Positions 54,437 through 57,882 of a stretch of 57,882 bases of DNA are shown here, piece by piece. How positions within the stretch are numbered: the stretch's first letter is position 1; the number at the start of each line of letters is the position of its first letter. The notes beneath the pieces are model-generated. The model ran no database searches and was not told the origin of the DNA. It worked only from the letters and a program-made list of their open reading frames with translations. A program made the translations under genes and the position numbers. Source of the stretch: a virus (taxonomy: Duplodnaviria; Caudoviricetes); IMG/VR virus record IMGVR_UViG_3300036885_000119, positions 1 through 57,882 of that record; one strand, 5' to 3'.

Positions 54437-54455
54437 TGCCAACTAGCTATTAGAT
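54437..54455 (-). promoter_or_regulatory. attI-like simple site at the head of the array
   Basis: ATCTAAT-AGCTA-GTTGGCA: L-like box, 5-nt spacer, GTT core, no upstream hairpin. Confidence 0.65.
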
Positions 54456-54468
54456 GATCTATATATAA

Positions 54469-54678
54469 CTATCTCAATGATTTTACGTATCTTTCGGAAA
54501 GACCTAATTTTATCAATTTTTCCTTTGCTGCTTCTTTTAAAAAATGTCCTGCCGATCCGCTTTTCCTTTTGCAGTTAGGATATTTTACGGAATGTAATCG
54601 GCATACCTTGGAAAATTCCAACGACATTAGCACAGTCACTAATGTCATCGCATCGTATGCTTTTGATTGTTTTACCAT
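54469..54678 (-). CDS. small basic protein directly upstream of the attI-like site (possible RHH-like regulator)
   Basis: 69 aa; SAGHFLKEAAKEKL helix; preceded by a very AT-rich promoter-like tract (54680-54742). Confidence 0.55.
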   Translation of the reverse strand: MVKQSKAYDAMTLVTVLMSLEFSKVCRLHSVKYPNCKRKSGSAGHFLKEAAKEKLIKLGLSERYVKSLR

Positions 54679-54861
54679 TTTAATTACCTATATATAAATA
54701 TAATACTAATAATAATAAAAACCTAATTTATTTTATTTATTTTTACGGCCTCGCGCCCAGCACCCAACAACCCGCCAGCAGTACACCCGCCACTGGCAGC
54801 AGTATGACTATCGCCCAAAACATGAGCGTCCAGGCGATGCGGTCAATGTTGTAGTTCGGTT

Positions 54862-55086
54862 TTACCATGTACCTGATCCTCCAGGACTACGCCGCTCAGT
54901 CTCAATCAACTTTTTAACCTTGGGCGTTGTAGATTCCACATGGTTATGCTCTACCAAATCACTTGTATATAGGCGCGGTTGTGCTTTTTTATCAAATATG
55001 CACCACACAACCATGCCGCACTTTTTACATTTGTCAATATGGCCGTGTCGGTCAAGAAAGGCGTGGATGGTAGGTTCGGAAATCAT
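54862..55086 (-). CDS. small Zn-finger-like hypothetical protein
   Basis: CKKCG...H..H. Confidence 0.55.
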   Translation of the reverse strand: MISEPTIHAFLDRHGHIDKCKKCGMVVWCIFDKKAQPRLYTSDLVEHNHVESTTPKVKKLIETERRSPGGSGTW

Positions 55087-55090
55087 AGCT

Positions 55091-55136
55091 TAGACGGCAG
55101 GGAAACCACACGGCTTTAGCCGCAGTGGATTGTTAC
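55091..55136 (+). mobile_element. solo-hairpin IS200/IS605 remnant (46 bp)
   Basis: TAGACGGCAGGGAAACCACACGGCTTTAGCCGCAGTGGATTGTTAC: left-end-type start, one hairpin, right-end-type TTAC. Confidence 0.7.
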
Positions 55137-55471
55137 AACGTTTTCTGTTTTTTTAATATATGCGTTATCGCTTTTATGGTCTCGTTTTTGCCTTTTTTTA
55201 TTAGAAATTGTTTTGCTAGCTTAAATGTTGCAGCAACAGAAAGTTCGCAAACACCTCCGACATAAGCCCCGCCCGTATAGCATGAGCATAAATAGTTTTG
55301 TTTTGATGCAACTGTTTTTCCTTTTTCATTTATATAAAGTTGCCCGTGTATTCCCCACCAATGACCGTACATTTTAAATTTACGGTAGCACCGGATAGAA
55401 ATAAATTTATTTGTACCAGCAAGGTTTATTTTCATATTACCATCCTTATCTGCGTTGTTTTTACTAGCCAA
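55133..55471 (-). CDS. hypothetical protein
   Basis: ORF in the early operon; true start may be the internal MKINL. Confidence 0.55.
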   Translation of the reverse strand: MASKNNADKDGNMKINLAGTNKFISIRCYRKFKMYGHWWGIHGQLYINEKGKTVASKQNYLCSCYTGGAYVGGVCELSVAATFKLAKQFLIKKGKNETIKAITHILKKQKTL

Positions 55472-55656
55472 TACCGTTTGTAGTTCTGACCCGGTTCAAA
55501 CTCACCGACAATCATTTTGCCCTCTGGAAGCAGCTCGGCGTTGATGCGGCTGTTGATCCTGCGTAACTCAGTAGAGTGGTATAACCGCAACGCCTCTAAT
55601 ACTGTAAGAGATTCACCGCGCAGGTAGTGGGCAAGTATTTCAGATTGTGGATTCAT
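55432..55656 (-). CDS. winged helix-turn-helix protein
   Basis: ILAHYLRGESLTVLEAL...L...SRI...YKRYWL. Confidence 0.7.
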   Translation of the reverse strand: MNPQSEILAHYLRGESLTVLEALRLYHSTELRRINSRINAELLPEGKMIVGEFEPGQNYKRYWLVKTTQIRMVI

Positions 55657-55940
55657 GGTTTCCCCTTGTTAAACAATAGCGACATACAATCTAACTCATC
55701 CCGTAAGGTGTAAATTTTTGAGCCTCTCCACCAAATCTTCAGCGCCAGTTGTCCAGGCCGAAGCTTTTTCTTGCCGCTCTTGATCTCCGCTAGATACGTA
55801 ACGTCGCGAAATCCTATTGCAATATCAGGGGCGCTTTCACCGAGTGCGGATAAATCAAACACTGTTGCCCCCAATTTTTGCAGGCAGTGTACGATAGCTG
55901 TGTGGTTTTCGTCTTTGCGTGAGAAGGCGTAGCTTTTCAT
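55653..55940 (-). CDS. PD-(D/E)xK nuclease (VRR-NUC/resolvase-like)
   Basis: DENH..IV...PDIAIG...LAEIKS...LRPGQ. Confidence 0.75.
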   Translation of the reverse strand: MKSYAFSRKDENHTAIVHCLQKLGATVFDLSALGESAPDIAIGFRDVTYLAEIKSGKKKLRPGQLALKIWWRGSKIYTLRDELDCMSLLFNKGKP

Positions 55941-56111
55941 TCCTCCACCACCTCAATTTTCTCCACATATTTTAACGGCGATTGCCCGCGCTTGTTGTCA
56001 ACCTGTTCCTGTAGCCACTCCGTGATGGTTGGCTTGGCCGCTTTCGGGAAGTCTTTGGGATAGTGTAGTATAATTTTCATCTTGCCCGCCGCTGGTTGAA
56101 GGTTGCGCCTG

Positions 56112-56534
56112 TCATACTATCATCACGCTTTCCGGATCTGGTATAACGCATCCCATTTCTGTTGCTGCCCACCGTTGTATTTTTTCGATGTATTCACAAA
56201 ATTGATCTTTCGTTAACCGCGCCGTACTCATAACCGTATCCGGTAAGCCTTGTCGTTTCACAAGGAGAAATTTTATTTTCAGCGCCTCGTGCATTTCTTC
56301 CGGCGTGTACCCGGTATGCGCTGATAACAACTCTACCACCACTCCGAAATAATATCTGTTCTGTTGAAGGCTTCTAACGGTTCCCTTGTTTTTGTGTCCC
56401 ATTGCCAGGAACATTTCCGAGCCTTCTCTTATCCCATACAGATAAGCATTATAACGGTTTTGTTCCCCTCTATCAAAATGAAACTTACCGTCTATTTTTT
56501 TACCAAGAAATTTTGGGACAAATTTATCTTTCAT
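56112..56534 (-). CDS. NinB-like recombination protein
   Basis: RSLQQNRYYFG...GYTPEEMHEALK...STARL...F.EYIEKI...IPDP. Confidence 0.7.
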   Translation of the reverse strand: MKDKFVPKFLGKKIDGKFHFDRGEQNRYNAYLYGIREGSEMFLAMGHKNKGTVRSLQQNRYYFGVVVELLSAHTGYTPEEMHEALKIKFLLVKRQGLPDTVMSTARLTKDQFCEYIEKIQRWAATEMGCVIPDPESVMIV

Positions 56535-56559
56535 AATTAGAAAGGAAGCAATATTTTAA

Positions 56560-56982
56560 TTAAAATGGCAAACTGGAATCTTCACCCGGCTGTCTCCCGG
56601 CTAAAGGATAAGGATTTGGCTGTTTCAGCGGCAAAACCTTATCCGGGACGCTTCCAGCTTTCGGGGCGCGTACACGGATGCCACCGACAAGTTTTCCGGC
56701 ATAGGATACATTCGGGTCATGGTAGAGCACAATCTTTGTACCTATCCAGTTTGTTTCAATGTTGTCATCGAAACCGGTGATGCGGGCGATAATCTGTCCG
56801 TTCGTGATGTTTAACACCAGCGGCTTGTCCAGTTCCGAAAAGTGAAGAGCCGTTTTCATATCCGGCTCAGCTCCCTGCTGTGCCACATTTTCCTGTGTCA
56901 ATGCAGAAATTGTTACCAGACAACCAACGCCAACATCTTCCTTGCGTAAAAAGTTACTTGTCTTGAGATCGGAAAGATTCAT
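56560..56982 (-). CDS. putative single-stranded DNA-binding protein
   Basis: SNFLRKED, KPLVLNITN, WIGTKIVLY, GIRVR, acidic ...SLPF tail. Confidence 0.6.
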   Translation of the reverse strand: MNLSDLKTSNFLRKEDVGVGCLVTISALTQENVAQQGAEPDMKTALHFSELDKPLVLNITNGQIIARITGFDDNIETNWIGTKIVLYHDPNVSYAGKLVGGIRVRAPKAGSVPDKVLPLKQPNPYPLAGRQPGEDSSLPF

Positions 56983-57002
56983 TTTGTACCTCCTGTTAAA
57001 GT

Positions 57003-57494
57003 TTATTTGATCTGTACGTTTTGCATTTCCACAATACGCGCCGGTAAAATTATACCCTGCTTGAGTGCGGCCTTAATTTCGGTGAGCATGGCAGACCGCT
57101 CCACCTTGACGAAACTTTCCGGCAGGGCGTTAATGTCCTGTACCTCCACGCGCTCGGATTTGCGCCATGATATTTTGCCGCACCCGTATTCCAGCTTTTG
57201 ACCTGGCTGTATGATGTAGCCAAGATAATTTTTGTTTCGCTCCGCATTGTTGCGGTGGACTTTGATACGGGATTTGAGCGCGTCCAGCTCCGCCTCTATC
57301 ATATCGGCAAGGGCAAGTTGGTTTTTATAGTACCGGATTGTGCAGTCTATTTTCTTGTCTCTGTCCATTTCGAGCGCGGTTAATTCCGTGTCAAACTCCG
57401 GTAAAATCTCTCCGTTGTGCTCGGCGGCATATTCCTCGGCCCTGTCCTGCGCCAATTGATATGCCGCGTCAATACTGAAAAGAGAAATGTTCAT
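57003..57494 (-). CDS. Siphovirus Gp157-family protein
   Basis: Coiled coil, KISWRKSERVEV.D...LP...IKAALKQG...ARIVE.QNVQIK. Confidence 0.8.
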   Translation of the reverse strand: MNISLFSIDAAYQLAQDRAEEYAAEHNGEILPEFDTELTALEMDRDKKIDCTIRYYKNQLALADMIEAELDALKSRIKVHRNNAERNKNYLGYIIQPGQKLEYGCGKISWRKSERVEVQDINALPESFVKVERSAMLTEIKAALKQGIILPARIVEMQNVQIK

Positions 57495-57498
57495 AAAT

Positions 57499-57755
57499 TA
57501 AACGGCAAGGATACCACATGGCTTTAGCCATTGTGGAGGAATTGCCGCCCCTCTCTTAAAATAAGTGTTGATTTTCTCAATTAAAAAGTATATATTAAAA
57601 CCAGATGAATCAGGCATCTTCTGAGAAAACAAGGCAAACCTGATATTGCATGTTTTCAAGGGCGTACCGTAAATTGCGCTGAAAAATCGGTTAAAGAACA
57701 TAAGGTTCCTAATCAAGTTTAAAGCCCCGCGACTTTAGTCGCAGGGGATATTTAC
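57499..57755 (+). mobile_element. non-autonomous IS200/IS605 derivative (both ends, no intact ORF)
   Basis: Left end TAAACGGCAAGGATACCACATGGCTTTAGCCATTGTGGAGGAATTGCC; right end AAAGCCCCGCGACTTTAGTCGCAGGGGATATTTAC; both resemble the ends of the 45066-46346 element. Confidence 0.8.
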
Positions 57756-57828
57756 TGTGGTGGCTTGTGCAAACAAAACACCCATCTTTATTCACAAAAA
57801 AATCTAATTTTTTAGGAGGTCTACCCAT
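57756..57828 (-). pseudogene. N-terminal remnant of an HNH-type endonuclease cut by the adjacent element
   Basis: GAGG RBS; MGRPPKKLDFFVNKDGCFVCTSHH resembles phage HNH N-termini. Confidence 0.5.
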
Positions 57829-57882
57829 TGTTCACAATAACCTCGATTTACAGTTTGCCGCCTGACATACGCCGGATTCAAC

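Larger units (their letters stand above)
47393..54455 (-). mobile_element. integron-like gene-cassette array (16 cassettes, attI-like site, no integrase)
   Basis: GTT cores on the minus strand at (+ strand AAC start) 54441, 53737, 53402, 52965, 52518, 52229, 51703, 51409, 51063, 50687, 50167, 49834, 49008, 48551, 48167, 47795. Each except the first is preceded by an AAC...GTT hairpin (one truncated). One co-oriented ORF per unit. Confidence 0.88.

Noticed and set aside
47393-54455. CRISPR array or diversity-generating retroelement as the explanation for the repeats
   Set aside because: Repeats are not identical direct repeats, the spacers are whole genes, and no cas gene, reverse transcriptase or adenine-mismatched TR/VR pair is visible.
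1-57882. tRNA/rRNA genes, stop-codon recoding, integrase or repressor module
   Set aside because: No cloverleaf or rRNA recognised by eye; genes tile densely under the standard code; no tyrosine or serine recombinase motifs found.

Overview
The window looks like a near-complete or complete ~58 kb tailed dsDNA phage genome with podovirus-like organisation and no integrase, tail tube/sheath or family A/B DNA polymerase. The minus-strand early/replication arm (1-4.3 kb and 47.4-57.9 kb) encodes an NrS-1-like primase-polymerase fused to an SF4 helicase, a replication initiator, and Gp157, SSB, NinB and PD-(D/E)xK-type proteins. The plus-strand late arm (4.5-47.4 kb) encodes TerS, TerL, a glycosyltransferase/radical SAM/GNAT/GroES island, portal, scaffold, capsid, ejection proteins, homospermidine synthase, a 2067-aa tail protein, signal-peptide-bearing fibre-like proteins and lysis genes. 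The standout feature is a ~7 kb integron-like cassette array (47.4-54.46 kb, minus strand). It has an attI-like site followed by 16 single-gene cassettes separated by attC-like hairpins with invariant AAC...GTT cores, and no integron integrase is visible. In 15 of 16 cassettes the 5' and 3' ends match each other as a cassette-specific two-part inverted repeat. Five IS200/IS605-family elements (two TnpB, one TnpA, two non-autonomous) and decaying homing endonucleases are also present. All functional calls come from motif recognition by eye; no database searches were run.
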